Assembly: GCF_009914755.1 (NCBI RefSeq)
Contig: NC_060932.1
DNA length: 64,000 bases
Strand: one strand, 5' to 3'
Source of the DNA: the human T2T-CHM13v2.0 reference genome, Homo sapiens
Part shown: in pieces, positions 37,401 to 52,635 of the stretch
Layout: every line of letters begins with the position of its first letter
Position numbering within the stretch: the stretch's first letter is position 1
Notes under the pieces: model-generated
Told to the model about the DNA's origin: nothing
Seen by the model: the letters and a program-made list of their open reading frames with translations, nothing else
Databases searched by the model: none
Program-made: the position numbers and the translations under genes

Positions 37401-39595
37401 TAAGCTAGTCCTGCTTTATTTCAGCAACACCTGGAAGTGCTGGCTTCTAAATGATCTATGCAGCATAGCTATCGTTGATGAAACGTCTCCTAGAGAACAT
37501 AAAAAGAGCATATCCTATTAGTAGCCACTGGACAATGCCATGTCCTCGATTGTTTACAGTGTATGATAATTAGTTTAATGTCCTATAAGCCAAAATCATA
37601 CCAGACAATGTTTTGAACAATCAAAGCAAGCTGGAGAAACAAACATACCTCATATTGGCCCTTTAAGAGCCTCGGTTCCCCTGGGTTCTAATGAGGGTGT
37701 GTGCTGGGGACAGGTCACTCCCAGCTTATCCTACCATACCCACCACCTCTCTGAGAGATCTCGCTCCGTACATGCGGCTCTGGCCTGAGAGCAGATGGTT
37801 TCCGATATAGGACTGAACCCGCCCTCTCTCTAATCAACCAGAAAGGACCTGGCAAGTCAGTGGGAGATAAATATAGCTGAGCTCTCCTGGGAGGAGCCCC
37901 CAGGAGGGTTAAATATGGTATGTGAGCAAATGATGAACAGATCAGCGCTTCCTCCTACTGTCCCCCGAAGGTCGTTTTCACAACAGGATCAGCTGCACAA
38001 CACTCACAAAACAGAAATGGACTCAAAGATAGAAACTCCAAAACCGGCTGGATTCCTGTTACTCCATAACAGCTGGCCCCTCAGGGAGGACTTGCCTCTT
38101 GGGTGGCCGTGTACCTGATTCTCCCACCTGCCTTGCAGCTTGTCCTTGCCTGCCTCCAGAGGCTTCCGTGGAGTCAGAGCCTTTGAGGCCCTCTCTTGCT
38201 CTTATGTCCAGGTAACATGGAGCAAAGATAGAGCTGAATTTTAAGAACCGCCCTGTCAGGGGAAACCACTCATTAAAGTCAAACTCCTTGGCCGCAAAAC
38301 CGCAGGTGGGGGTAGAACAGGACCACAGAGGTTGCCTTCATCCTGCACGTATTTACTTTTTTCAAAGGTCATCTTTTGGCTTGAGAAGAGGAAGGAAAGC
38401 ACTGTTATTTTAATTTCTCTAAAAGTTACAGTAGAAAGCAAAACCAGAGGCACCAAAAAAGCAATTCCCAAAACTCAGCTCAGTGCCCTCCAACACAAAG
38501 TGTTCAGATAACATTTCTCCAATAAATAAGCCGCTCTGGGGGTGCAGCCACTGAGGCAGGGCCGCTTCCTGCTGGGTAGCATGGGTGGCCTTTGGTGACT
38601 GCCCACACATTGTGCAGGGTGTGGACCAAACAGACTCAGAACTCTGCTTTTGTTGGTGCCCTGAGAGTACTTTGATCTCTCAGGGCCTGGTTCATATTTA
38701 TCAAACTCTGAAGATTAATGTACGGAACTAGAGTTCCAACCTGTTCGTGAATTTACAGTGAGGAATAAATAACCGGGCTCCAGAGCCTGGACACATTCCC
38801 TCTCTAAAGGGAAAGCATTGTAGAAACCAAAGCGTGGCCTAGATGGTTACCTGATGAGCACAAAGCCACACTCAGGGAAAACTAGATAAATCAGGCGTTT
38901 CGCAGCATCAGTATAAACAGTAGGGCATTACACACCTGTCCAACCAAAGGCCACAGGATACTGGCATGCCACCTGTGCTCACAAGCCCTGTGTGTCCCAG
39001 CTCCAGGAGGCTGTCAGCAGATGGGACCTCTGGGCCTTGCTAGGGCTGTGTCCTTTCCGATCTCTGTGGGGACAGGCACTGCTGAAGTCTCTAGGTGTGA
39101 CTCTCCTTTTACTCCCAGACTTCAAGACTCTTTTTCACGTACCCATTTTTATTTCCTTCTCTAATGAAGCATTGCTACTTGCAATCCATTATCAGTCAGA
39201 CTTCATGCGCCTGAGTATCCTCCTCTCTCTTTGAGGTGGCTATGCAGCTCCGATGTACTCTATGCAAACTCTCAGCTTTGACCGTCAGAGGAAAGCCAAA
39301 TTTCCCTCATTGCCAGGGTTGAGAGAGGCACCACCCCATGGCCCCCTAAGTACTAACTGATAGCAGTTATAAATCAGGCTTTGAGGAACGAAGACCGGAT
39401 TGGGGATTTTTGTTGTGTTTGCCTTCTTCTCTCCTATGCTCCCAGTGCTCTGGCGTATAGTTCAAAGAGCTCTGATGGGTATTGGCCGAAACCTCCAAAT
39501 GGAAGCTAAGGAGGCCACTGTACTGAGAAAATTCCTGAGTAGAAAAGTGCAGTGGGCACAGCTGTGGCCCATCCTGTCGGTGATCATTCCCTCTC

Positions 39596-39961
39596 TGGTA
39601 TGGTTAGGCTCTGTGTCCCCACCCAAATCTCATCTTGAATTGTAATCCCCAGGTGTTGAGGGAGAGACCTGGTGGGAGGTGATTGGATCATGGGGGCAAT
39701 TTCCCCATGCTGTTCTCATGATAGTGAGGGAGTTCTCATGCGATCTGATGGTTTTATAAGGGACTCTTCCCCCTTCGCTTCACACACACGCTCTCTCGCC
39801 TGCTGCCCTGTAAGACATGCCTGCTTCCCCTTACGCCATGATTGTACGTTTCCTGAGGCCTCCCCAGCCATGCGGAACTGTGAGTCCATTAAACCTCTTT
39901 TCTTTCTAAATTACCCAGTCTCAGGTAGTATCTTTATAGCAGTGAAAGAATGGACTAATAC
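39596..39961 (+). mobile_element. THE1/MST MaLR solo LTR
   Basis: tatggttaggctctgtgtccccacccaaatctcatcttgaattgtaatccc...aattacccagtctcaggtag..tttatagcag..gaatggactaatac. Confidence 0.9.
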
Positions 39962-40792
39962 CTTCTCCTCCCTTTCTTGGTCACTAGCAGGGACTATCTG
40001 GGCTGCCTGAGGAGCCTCTTGTTTGGTTTGGGAACAGAAAATTTCAGCCTGGGAGATCCAGCACGTGGCAGCAGAGCGAGGGTTACCCAGGAGTCACAGG
40101 GAACACAAAGCAGAATCAGAGGGAGGTGACAATCAGAGAGCAGCTCAAACCTCGTGGGGTGCTTATTAAGTGCTTAATACTTACAGAATGACTTATTGAC
40201 TGACTAACTGAATGAATGAATGAGTACCTGAATAGTTGGACCATCTCATTTTACTAAGGAGAGCTGGAGCCATAGAAGGAAGCTGATTTGCCGCAAGTCC
40301 CATAGTCGAGCAGTGGCACCTGGGATGGGTTTGTAGGTGACATGAGTCCTAGCTCTTTTGTTGTGATATCGCAATGATGGCAATTGGATAAATGAGGGAC
40401 AACAGGGTGGAGAGAAGGAAATAAGGGTGAAAACTAGAAATCCTATAAAAAGAGTAAAATGATTTTGAGTCCTCTTATAGAAGAGTTTCTATAGAGGTTG
40501 AGTTTCTTGTAGAAGAACTTGATCAGCGCTGGCTCCAAAGCTTGCCCTTGTCTTGGCCCTTGATAGCACACCTTCTGTACTCCTCCCACCCCCATCCACC
40601 CCAGTCAAGCATCTTCCTGGAGAAGGCACCATTATTTATTTCCTTTCTTTTCTATCTTTAGTCCCTCCCCTCTCTATGCCCCATAGGTGACATGTATGAT
40701 CAGCATCTCATTCTAAGTAAAATTTTCACTAGATGTAACTCCCTTATTTCTCTTTTATACTTCAGCATCAAACTCCTAGAAAAAAGTGCCTA

Positions 40793-41084
40793 AGCTGGGC
40801 ATAGTGTAATCCTAGCACTTTGGGAGGTCGAGGTGGCAGATTGCTTGAGCCCAGGAGTTTGAGACCAGCCTGAGCAATGTGGTGAAACCTCGTCTGTACT
40901 AAAAATACAAAAAAAAAAAAAAAAAAAAAAAAATTAGCCGGGAGTGGTAGCACATGCCTGTAGTCCCAGCTACCTGGGAGGCTGAGGTGGGAGGATTGTT
41001 TAAGTCCAGGAGGTGGAGGCTGCAGTGAGTCATCATTGCACCAGTCTGCACTCCAGCCTGGGCAACAGAGTGAGACCCTGTCTC

Positions 41085-41111
<27 letters not shown>
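40793..41111 (+). mobile_element. Alu (J-type)
   Basis: Sense Alu with long A linker and tail. Confidence 0.9.
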
Positions 41112-41116
<5 letters not shown>

Positions 41117-41118
41117 TA

Positions 41119-41410
41119 GACCTGCGCTGTTTAATATGGTAGTCACTGGCTCCATGTAGCTGTTAATCACTGGAAATATGGCTAGGCTGAATTGAGATGT
41201 GATGTAACTATATATAAAATATGTACTGACTTCAAAGATAGCATGAAAGAAGAATGCAAAAATCTCATCAGTAATTATTTTGGATAAATTGGGTTAAATA
41301 AAATATATTATTAACATTAATTTCACCTTTTTCCTTTTACATTTTTTAAGGTGGCTACTAGAAAGTGTAATATTACATAATGTAGCTTGACTTCTATTTC
41401 TACTGTCTAG
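41119..41410. mobile_element. MER33/MER3-type hAT fossil (second fragment at about 43530-43630)
   Basis: ctgcgctgtttaatatggtagtcactgg..ttgggttaaataaaatatattatt..gtggctactagaaa; a similar segment recurs at 43530. Confidence 0.7.
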
Positions 41411-42309
41411 ACTCTGCTTCAAAGCACCAACAGACCATATCAAACACAAAGCACGGTGCTCCTGAAATTAAAATGGGCACTGGGTTTATGGAAGCGCTTG
41501 TGTTCTCAAATCATCATTTACAACTGCCTTTTAAATGAGGGAGCGCTGAGGTTTTGACATGGGAAATTGTGATGAAAATAACAAGGTAACTTACTTGTTA
41601 ATCAGGAAATTGGGCTCTGAAAGGACAGTGATGGTGCCGCCAACATTGGCCCAGTCTTTATGTCTCTCATGAGACATCCTGGCCCAGTAATGTTCTCTGA
41701 GGCTGGGCATGTGCCTTCCTGAGGACAGTTAGAGCCTTCTGTGACCAAATAGGATGCCCACAAAGCATTTGATGCCCCAAGCAGAGGAGGAAAGAGTGGG
41801 GAGGGAGCGTAGAGTCATTGAGGAGCCCCTGACAGCAGGAAGGACCTGAGCCCTGATGCCGGCTCTGCATGGTCTTGTGTGAGTCACGGAACCCTCTCGG
41901 TTTCCCCATCAGTGAAATCCATGCCCTGTAGCTTGGTGCTGTCTCTGGAGTTTCTGCCCTTCTTTCTTACATTTAGAATGTGGCAGGCCTTGAGCAAATT
42001 GCTTGAGAACTCTAAGCCTGGGTTTCCTTGTAGGTAAAATGAGGACTATGATAGTGATGACTCGGGGAGTGGTAGAAAGTCAGTGATATACTTCATACTT
42101 AACATAGTTACGACATACTGAGTGCTCAACAAATGTTCAAAACAGACAACTAAAAACTCAAAAATTAAAAAGGACCTGAAGGGCCAACCTGTCTAACTCC
42201 CACCCAAATTCAAGAATGTCCCTATATTTTCTTTAACCTCTGCCTCAGCTCATTCGCTGCCATTGTCTCACAGGGCAGAGCCTTATTTGTTTGCTGATTT
42301 TTTTATTAA

Positions 42310-42437
42310 CCCATTTAAGCCTAGAGTTCCGTAATTGCAACGCTAAGCATGTGGGAGTTATTTATATCCTACTGCTCAAGGTCATCACCAAGGTCTGCAA
42401 AAATTCCAAAAATTGCATAACCTCAGGCATAAATGGG
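42310..42437 (+). mobile_element. MER85 piggyBac (PGBD3-derived) MITE
   Basis: TTAA TSD at 42306-42309 and 42438-42441; TIRs CCCATTTA(A/T)GCCT...AGGCATAAATGGG; internal palindrome gttccgtaattgcaac at 42326-42341. Confidence 0.9.
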
Positions 42438-42449
42438 TTAAAAATTTAA

Positions 42450-43205
42450 TTTTTCCATTATTTATTGTGGTAAACGACACGCAACATAAAGTTTACCATT
42501 CTAACGATTCTTTTTTTCTTTTTTTTTGAGATGGAGTCTCACTCTGTTGCCCAGGCTGGAGTGCTGCAGTGGCTCGATCTCAGCTCACTGCAACCTCCGT
42601 CTCCTGGGTTCAAGTGATTCTCCGGCCTCAGCCTCCTGAGTAGCTGGAATTGCAGGCACACACCCCAGGCCCGGCTAATTTTTGTATTTTTAGTAGAGAC
42701 AGGGTTTCACCATGTTGGTTAGGCTTGTCTCAAACTCCTGACCTTTTGATCCACCTGCCTCAGCCTCCTAACGTGCTGGGATTACAGGCGTGAGCCACAG
42801 CACCCAGCCTCTAACCATTCTTAAATGTACAATCAACCGGCATTAAGTACCTTCATGTTGCTGTGCAACCATCACCACCACCATCTTTAGAACATTTTCA
42901 TCTCCCCAGACTAAAACTCTGCACCCATTAGCACTAACTCCCCATTCTCCCACTCTCCCAGCCCCTGGTCACCCCTACTCTGTTTTCTGTCTCTATGAAT
43001 GTGACTCTTTTAGGTACCTCATGTGAGTGCAATCACATATTGTCCTTTTGTGACTGGCTTATTTCACTTAGCATCATGTTTTCAACGTTCATCCATGTTG
43101 TAACATATGTCAGAATTTCATTGCTTTTTAAGGCTGAATAAAATTTCATTGTATGTATAGAGCACATTGCGTTTATCCATTCATCTGTTGCGAGGCCCTT
43201 GGGTT
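42450..43205 (-). mobile_element. L1M 3' fragment interrupted by an antisense Alu (about 42510-42809)
   Basis: L1MA/MB motifs (ttgtgactggcttatttcacttagcat..gttcatccatgttgtaac). The Alu is flanked by TSD ctaac(g/c)attctt. Confidence 0.85.
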
Positions 43206-44153
43206 TTGAAATTTTTAGTATTTCTAACTACTAGTTCCTTCTTATAGGGAACTGAAATCTGCCCTTCTAGGACTTAACTCTCACCCCTCAGCTCTGCCCT
43301 CAGGCCCCACTGCACCAGATGAGTCCTCTTCCCACAGGAATCCCTGGATTTGAAGGGAGATCCTGAATTCCCACCCCAACTCTTCAAAGGCTGAGAAGTT
43401 TCACTAACTATTCATAAATTGCAGACTCATTGCCTTTGTGGTTTAAGTCTTCAGACCCACTTCAGTGGACTGATGTCTTTTTGAAAACGAGTCATCGTAA
43501 ACTGAGCTGACCTGTACCCTACGCTGGAGAAATTGGGATAAATACAATATATTATTAACATTAATTTCACCAGTTTCCTGTTACATTTTTTAAGGTGACT
43601 ACTAGAAAATTTAAAATTATGTATGTGGCTTATAACAGCCTCTCTTATCTTGACACTTTATTAATGCAGCTTAAGAACACATTCTCCTCTTTTTGGCAGC
43701 CATATTTCATGGATTTATTTATTAAACAATTTTTATTAAGTGTCCTGAGAAGATGAGGCACTTCAGCGTAGTAGTTTAGAACTTGAGCTCTGGAGCCAGA
43801 TTTCCTAGGTCAGAATCCAAGATCCATCTCTTGCTGTGTGCCACTGTATACATTTCCTAAATTTTCAGGGCCTCAATTTCTTTATCTATAAAGTAGAGAT
43901 AGCAGTAGTACCCACCTCATTGAGTAGTTGTGAGGGTTAAATGAATTAGTGCCTGTAAAACACAGATGAGTGCCTGGCACTTAATGCATGTGCTATGTCT
44001 CTCTACAGAGCACTGCCCCAAGGTGTTGGGGGTACGGCAGTCAGCCAGGCTGACCGGCTATGGGCTCTTTGTGGTTTGTAGTCTAGTGAAATGGTCAAAC
44101 CATTACGTGACAACTGGAATTTATTCATGGGCAAAGGTGTAATGAAAAGATAG

Positions 44154-44507
<354 letters not shown>

Positions 44508-45168
44508 TGACAGGATACAAAATCTTATGATGAGAGAATTCAGAGTGATACAGGAGTACCGAACATTTATCTGCTCATTTATAAAAAATAAATACTTTTT
44601 AGGTTTCTACCATGTCTTACAAACCTCTGTAGATTCTGGAAAGTATCCGTAAACAGACTGAAGTTCTGTCTCTCTTGAGACACATTTTTTGGGGGGAAAC
44701 AGTTAATAAACACCAACAAATAAGCACAATAAATAAAACCATAAATAATCCAGTTAGACACTTAAAAAGACTATATACAGCTATACTGTATATTGGAAAG
44801 GAACACTTTGGAGGTAGAGCTGGCATGATTCTTGACTGATGGAATTTTCTGTGTGAAAGACAAGGACTTAAGAATGACTCCAGGGTTTTCGGCTTGAGCA
44901 ACTAGAAGCAAACCTGTGAGGTCAGCATGTCTTCCCAGAGGAGGTGACATCTAAATGGGGACTGGAAGGACGAGTAGCAACCATCCAGGTGAAGAGAGCC
45001 AGGGAAAATTGTTCTAGGAGCTGGAGTTTGTGCCAAGCTTGGGGGGCGAGGACAATGCCATGTGAAGTTTTATCTGCTTAGGAGTGCTGAGTCTCGTCCA
45101 GTAATTCCCTAATGTTTAGGATTTAAGGGTAAAATTTTATACTTTTAAAGATTTTAAAAATAATTTTG

Positions 45169-45475
<307 letters not shown>

Positions 45476-46210
45476 TTAACATTCTAAGAAGTGACTCCCC
45501 CTAGCTTTGTCTTCTAAGAGGTTGATAAATCTGCATCCCAGGACTTTTTCTAGTAGTTGATTAAAAAAAAAATAGTTGAGTTGAACCTAAGTCAAGGACA
45601 GAGTCCTTTGTCCCACCCCCTTCCTGCTGATATTGTCACCATTAATCAACCCTCCTGGGGTGCAGCAACAAATGGACCCAAGTATCATAAAATTACACGG
45701 CCTGCATTTCTCCAGCTTACTCCTTAATAACAGCCCTAAGAAGGAAGGGAGATAAGATATCTGAAAGTGCTGGAAAGTTATCAAGTTGCTATTTTTTAGG
45801 ATGACTTGGCCACCAACTTCCAGGAATGGAGAGACACTGAAACTAAGGGAGTTCACTGCTCTCCTAGGACAGTGACAGAAGGACAGAGGGGAATACAGCA
45901 AAGCTACAAGAAGGCACTCTGTGTTTCTACCTGTGTAAATGTGCTCGACTGTAACACCCTTGTGCCTGGGTGAGTGCACAAGCCTTTTAAGAGAAACATA
46001 GTTTATTTGTGCCAAATTGATCAATTTTGAGAGCCTGCTAATGCCCTTAAAGTAAGTTTTATGGATGTGACACAATTGATGGGAATTTGAATTGATCTAT
46101 ATCTTAAAATTAAGTTCATTAAACTGAGCAAATCATGTTCATGTCCTGATTTTATATACTTGCATTTATCAAATAGATTTTGATTTTTGGAAAAAAAAAA
46201 AAAAGGACAA

Positions 46211-47020
<810 letters not shown>

Positions 47021-47289
47021 CTATATATGTATAATAGCATTAATATATATCAGGTGCCTTCTGTAATTTGTCATTTAATTCTGCAATGTAGGAATTCTTT
47101 GTGTTCATTTTATAATTGAGAACCAGACTCAGAGATGGTAAGTAATTTTTCCAAGGACATGCAGCTAGGTAGCAGGTGGTAAGTCAGGAGTTCTGACTTC
47201 AAAGTTTACCTTTCCTGTAAACTTCAAACTTTCCTGCTATTCTCTGCTTCCTCCTCAATCAATTAAACAAATATTTACTATATTTTTTC

Positions 47290-47890
47290 TCCAGAATATA
47301 TAAATATTTCTACATTTATAGTTATATATTGACTTATAACATATATGTTATAAAAAGTGTAGAAATCGTAAGTGTCCAGTTCAATGAATTTCCATGAAGT
47401 AAACACACCGAATAAAAAAACCCAGAACACAACCAGATTCCCAGGAGGTCTCTCACACTTCCCTGCGGCCACAAGGGTAATGACTATGCTGGTTTCTAAC
47501 ACTATCAATTAGCCTTTTTTGTTCTTGAACTGTATGTTAAATGAATCATATTGTCTACTATTTTGTGTCTGGCTTCTTTTGCTCCACATTGCGTTTGTCA
47601 TATTGAACCATGTTGTTCAAAGTTGAGAATCATTCCTTTCTGTTGCTGTGTCACATTGCATTGTGTGAACATACCACCATTTATTTATCCATCCTGCTAC
47701 TGATGAACAGTTGGGTTGTTTCCAGCTTGGGACTGTTGTGAATTGTGCTGATGTGAGCATTTTTGTGAACGTCTTTTGGTGCACAAAGTAGGTGTTCCTG
47801 GGGTATATATTAGGAGTCGAACTGCTGAGTCATAAGTCATGTGTATATGCAGCTTTACTAGATATTGCCAGACCGTTTTCTAAACTGGTT
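47290..47890 (-). mobile_element. Old L1M (ME-type) fragment
   Basis: ttttgtgtctggcttcttttgctc..cattgtgtgaacataccacc.tttatttatccat..ttgggttgtttccag..ttgctgagtcat. Confidence 0.75.
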
Positions 47891-49253
47891 GCATCAGAGC
47901 TGGTTAGTTTTAAAAACTGGACTAAAAATACTCTTTCTGATTATGTACACCAAATGTCCTGATTCTTGAAAATCTGTCCTGAGTAGGCAGATTTCTTGGG
48001 GAAAACTGCTACGTAGCATCTTGCTACATAGACAAATTTTATGAATTACCACATTTGGGCTCAATTGAGAAGGGTGTGTTTATTACATCAAGGAGGACTC
48101 TGGAAATTAATAAAGCAGAATTAAGAACTTCACAGTGTGTATGTGGCTGAATTTCCCCATAGCCTGGAGCTTTGATGTAGGGAAAAGGTGCCATCCAGCC
48201 CATTCTCGCACAGCCACATTGGGAGTCTCAGATACTGGGGCTCCATCTACCAACACAGTAGCTGAAGTGTTCAGCCTGGGAGCCTGAGAGGAGAGGGAAG
48301 ATCTGGCTGCTCTCTGAGGCCACTCCCAGGGTTCCTCTCTGCTACCCAATGTTTCTGAAGGCCTGTCTCCACAGGCCACCAAGTGGAGATCCTTGGTTAA
48401 CCCTTCTCTCCCACCTGAGAGACTCTCGGTGCTAACTTTGCCCCCCCCCGCTTTGGTAGGTGGCAACCTGGCACCCTTTGCACATCTTTCTCCTGCAAAT
48501 TCACAATCACTCTGCAATTGCCCCCCAACAGCAGCTGAAACAGAGGTCCAGACTTGAGAAACACATATGACTAAAGTCAGGAGAGACCAGCAAGGCATAA
48601 TTAGATGCTGTGGACAGAGAAAACACGTGGAACGCAAATGGAAAACCACAGTGGTTGGTGCTTCTAACTGCAAACGAGCTGCTTCTCCCAAGGGCAACTC
48701 TTGGAAGCAGTGGGTTTTACTCAGTCCTGATCTGTCTCCAAAGCACATGCTTGTTATTTTTATGCGACATCATCTCCATCCTCCTACAGAGGGGCATCTT
48801 CTCTGCTCAGTAGTCTATTTGAGGCAGGGAAATACAGAGACTTTGCTACCTGAAGGATCGTGGTCAGTGAACTCTCTTATTCACTGTGCATAGAGCTCAG
48901 TACAAAACTGTGCAAATGTGGCCATGTGCTAATGTGCTGTGTCAGGTGAACCTGACCAGAGTGGAGAATTGATGACTATTGATTTTTACAGAGCAGGCAT
49001 CTGAGATATGACAAATGATAGCAATAAAGGAGTTTTATCAGGCTCTGAGTTTATTTCAAAGGTGAGTAAGTGAACGGGTATTGAATGACACACCTGGGGT
49101 TTTATCCCAGCTCTGCCACCAACCACTTTTGTGTCCTTGGACACGTTACTTTACCTTGGATCTCTTTTGTCCACCTGTAAGAAAGGACTTATAGACTATA
49201 TCATACTCTAGTTCTCTTCCAGGTCCCCAGCTTAGTAACTCCATGTTGTCCTA

Positions 49254-49600
<347 letters not shown>

Positions 49601-50143
49601 GGTAGCTCTCTAATTTAGTGTTTGTGACATATACTTTGGAAGAAAAAAAAAGTCACCTTTTTCTCTCTTCTACACAACCTGTGCTCAGAATCTCCAGCTC
49701 TGAGGTGCAACATGTTCTTTAACTCCCTGGGAATCATGGACGTCTGCAATATTTCATGCTGTTATATAGGAAGATGAAGCTCTTTTCCAAAGAAATTCTG
49801 ACTCATTTAATAATATGTACTGTTTATTCATTGTGTGTATTCAAGGAACTTAGAGTGTAATGGGAGGGCTAAGACATGGCTTCCAGAGCTGCAATATAAA
49901 GTGCAAGGTTCTAAGTAAGAGCTGTGGAAGAGGCAGGGAAGAGCTCCAGGGTTCCTCCTACTTTTTAGGGGTCAGAGAAGACTTCATGGAAGGTGAGGTG
50001 TCTGAGTTGAGAAATGAATGTTGAGCATCATTTCAACAGTGGAGATGTGGAGAGTCTTCCCTTCCAAGAGGATATAAGAAGAGACAAGGGCCATAGGTTG
50101 AGGGACATGGTTTTGGGGGTGACAAGCAAGGTCTGGCTATAAT

Positions 50144-50277
50144 TAGGTGACTCTATGTCCTGGTTTTCCCAGGATAGTCTCAGCTTATACCCTCTGTCCT
50201 GGTGGAATTGTTAACAGTGACCCTTTCCATTCTCAAAAAGTGTCCCAGTTTGGATGATAAATTACAGAGTCACTATA
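50144..50277 (-). mobile_element. MER94/MER81-type hAT-Blackjack MITE
   Basis: Inverted ends taggtgactct..agagtcacta; internal aaaagtgtcccagtttggatgataaatta. Confidence 0.7.
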
Positions 50278-50428
50278 GCTATAGATGATGCTATCTCAGA
50301 GGCTGGATCCAGATGTGGCTAATAGGATCTAAGAGTCAAAAAAAGAGAGAGATGACTCTATGCTTGGCTGCAGGTTGGTAAAAAGGAGGTAAATGCAAGG
50401 GGAAAAAATGGCATTAGAAAGAGTTGGT

Positions 50429-51115
<687 letters not shown>

Positions 51116-51185
51116 TCACAGATGAAGGAACGAGAAAAAGGAATGTTAGGACAGGAACGCAGGCCTCTTGGTGCTCTTGCCTCAC

Positions 51186-51689
51186 TGGACTGAGTTGAAT
51201 AGTGTCTGTCCCTCCCACCCAATTCATGTACACCCAGAACCTGTGAATGTGACCTTACTTATAAATACAGTCTTTGCAGATGTAATCAATTTAAGACAAG
51301 GTCATACTGGATTAGGATGGGCCCTGAATCCAATATGACAGGTATCTTTATAAGAAGAGAGGAGTTGGACAGGCACAGAGACACACAGGGAGGGTGCCAC
51401 ATGGCAACAGAGCAGGGGTCAGAGTGATGCGTCTACAAGCCAAGGAGGGACCAGAAGCTGGGAACTGGCAGGGGAGGGTCCTCCAGGATAGCTTTCAGAG
51501 AGAGCATGGCCCTGCTGACACCTCCATCTCAGACTGCTGGCCTCCAGACCTACCTACCTACCTACCTACCTACCTACCTACCTACCTACCTTCCTTCCTT
51601 CCTTCCTTCCTTCCTTCCTTCCTTCCTTCCTTCCTTCCTTTCTTTTTCTTTCTTTCCTTCCTTTCTTTTTCTTTCTTTCTTTCTCTTTC

Positions 51690-51733
<44 letters not shown>

Positions 51734-52116
51734 TCCTTCCTTCCTTCCTTCTTTCTTTCTTTCTTTTTTTTTTGACAGAGTATTGCTCTGTTGTCTAGGC
51801 TGAAGTGAAGTGGCACGATCTCAGCTCACTGCAACCTCCACCTTCCGAGTTCAAGCGATTCTCCTGCCTCATCCTCCTAAGTCGCTGGGATTACAGGTGC
51901 ATGCTACCATGCCCGGCTAATTTCTGTATTTTTAGTAGAGATGGGGTTTCACCATGTTAGTCAGGCTGGTCTTGAACTCCTGACCTCGTGATCCGCCTAC
52001 CTCGGCTTCCCAAAGTGTTGGGATTACAGGCGTCAGCCACCGCGCCAGGCCACATTTCTGTTGTTTTAAGTCACCTAGTTTGTGTCATTTTGTTAGAGCA
52101 CTCCCAGGACACAAAT
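51186..52116 (+). mobile_element. MLT1B/C LTR interrupted by an antisense Alu (about 51765-52051) with a compound microsatellite tail
   Basis: MLT1 5' end (cagaacctgtgaatgtgacctta..ctttgcagatgtaatc). The 3' part resumes at 52052 (atttctgttgttttaagtcacc). Confidence 0.8.
51548..51772. repeat. Compound tetranucleotide STR (ACCT)n(CCTT)n(CTTT)n
   Basis: Directly visible. Confidence 0.95.
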
Positions 52117-52467
52117 ATTTTACGCTTTCTGAGCTTTAGGTGCAGCAGAATATTCAGGTAGAGCTGCCGGGAGGCACATGAATACGTGGGTGGGACTGGA
52201 ATGAGGAGGAGCTGGGGTTGGTAACTGGGGTGTGGGAATAGGAGAGATGACCAACGGGAGGACAGGACAGCAGCTGCCAGGACGGGGTTGCAGGGAGGGA
52301 GGAAGGAGAGGGAGAAAAGGCAGAGGGCCCCAAGAAAGCGAGCGGAAGTGAGGAAGGGATTCCAGAGGAGGCGGAGGCTGAGAGGTTCATGCTGGGAGGA
52401 GCAGCTGATGTGGCTGGCACGCAAAAATTCCTGTAGAAAACTGCAAGGGTTAGAAACTGCCACGCAA

Positions 52468-52635
52468 TGGTGGCAGGCGCCTGTAATCCCAGCTGCTCAG
52501 GAGGCTGAGACAGGATAATCACCTGAATCCTTGGGGCCGAGGTTGCAGTGAGCCGAGATTGCGCCACTGCGCTTCAGCCTGGCGACAGAGTGAGATTCTG
52601 TCTAAAAAAAAAAAAAAAGAAAGGAAAAGAAAAGA
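52468..52635 (+). mobile_element. 5'-truncated Alu (right arm)
   Basis: TSD agaaactg(c/t)cacgcaa on both sides. Confidence 0.85.

Noticed and set aside
48107-48893. 213-aa and 108-aa overlapping ORFs
   Set aside because: No recognisable family, splice structure or codon bias; consistent with chance.
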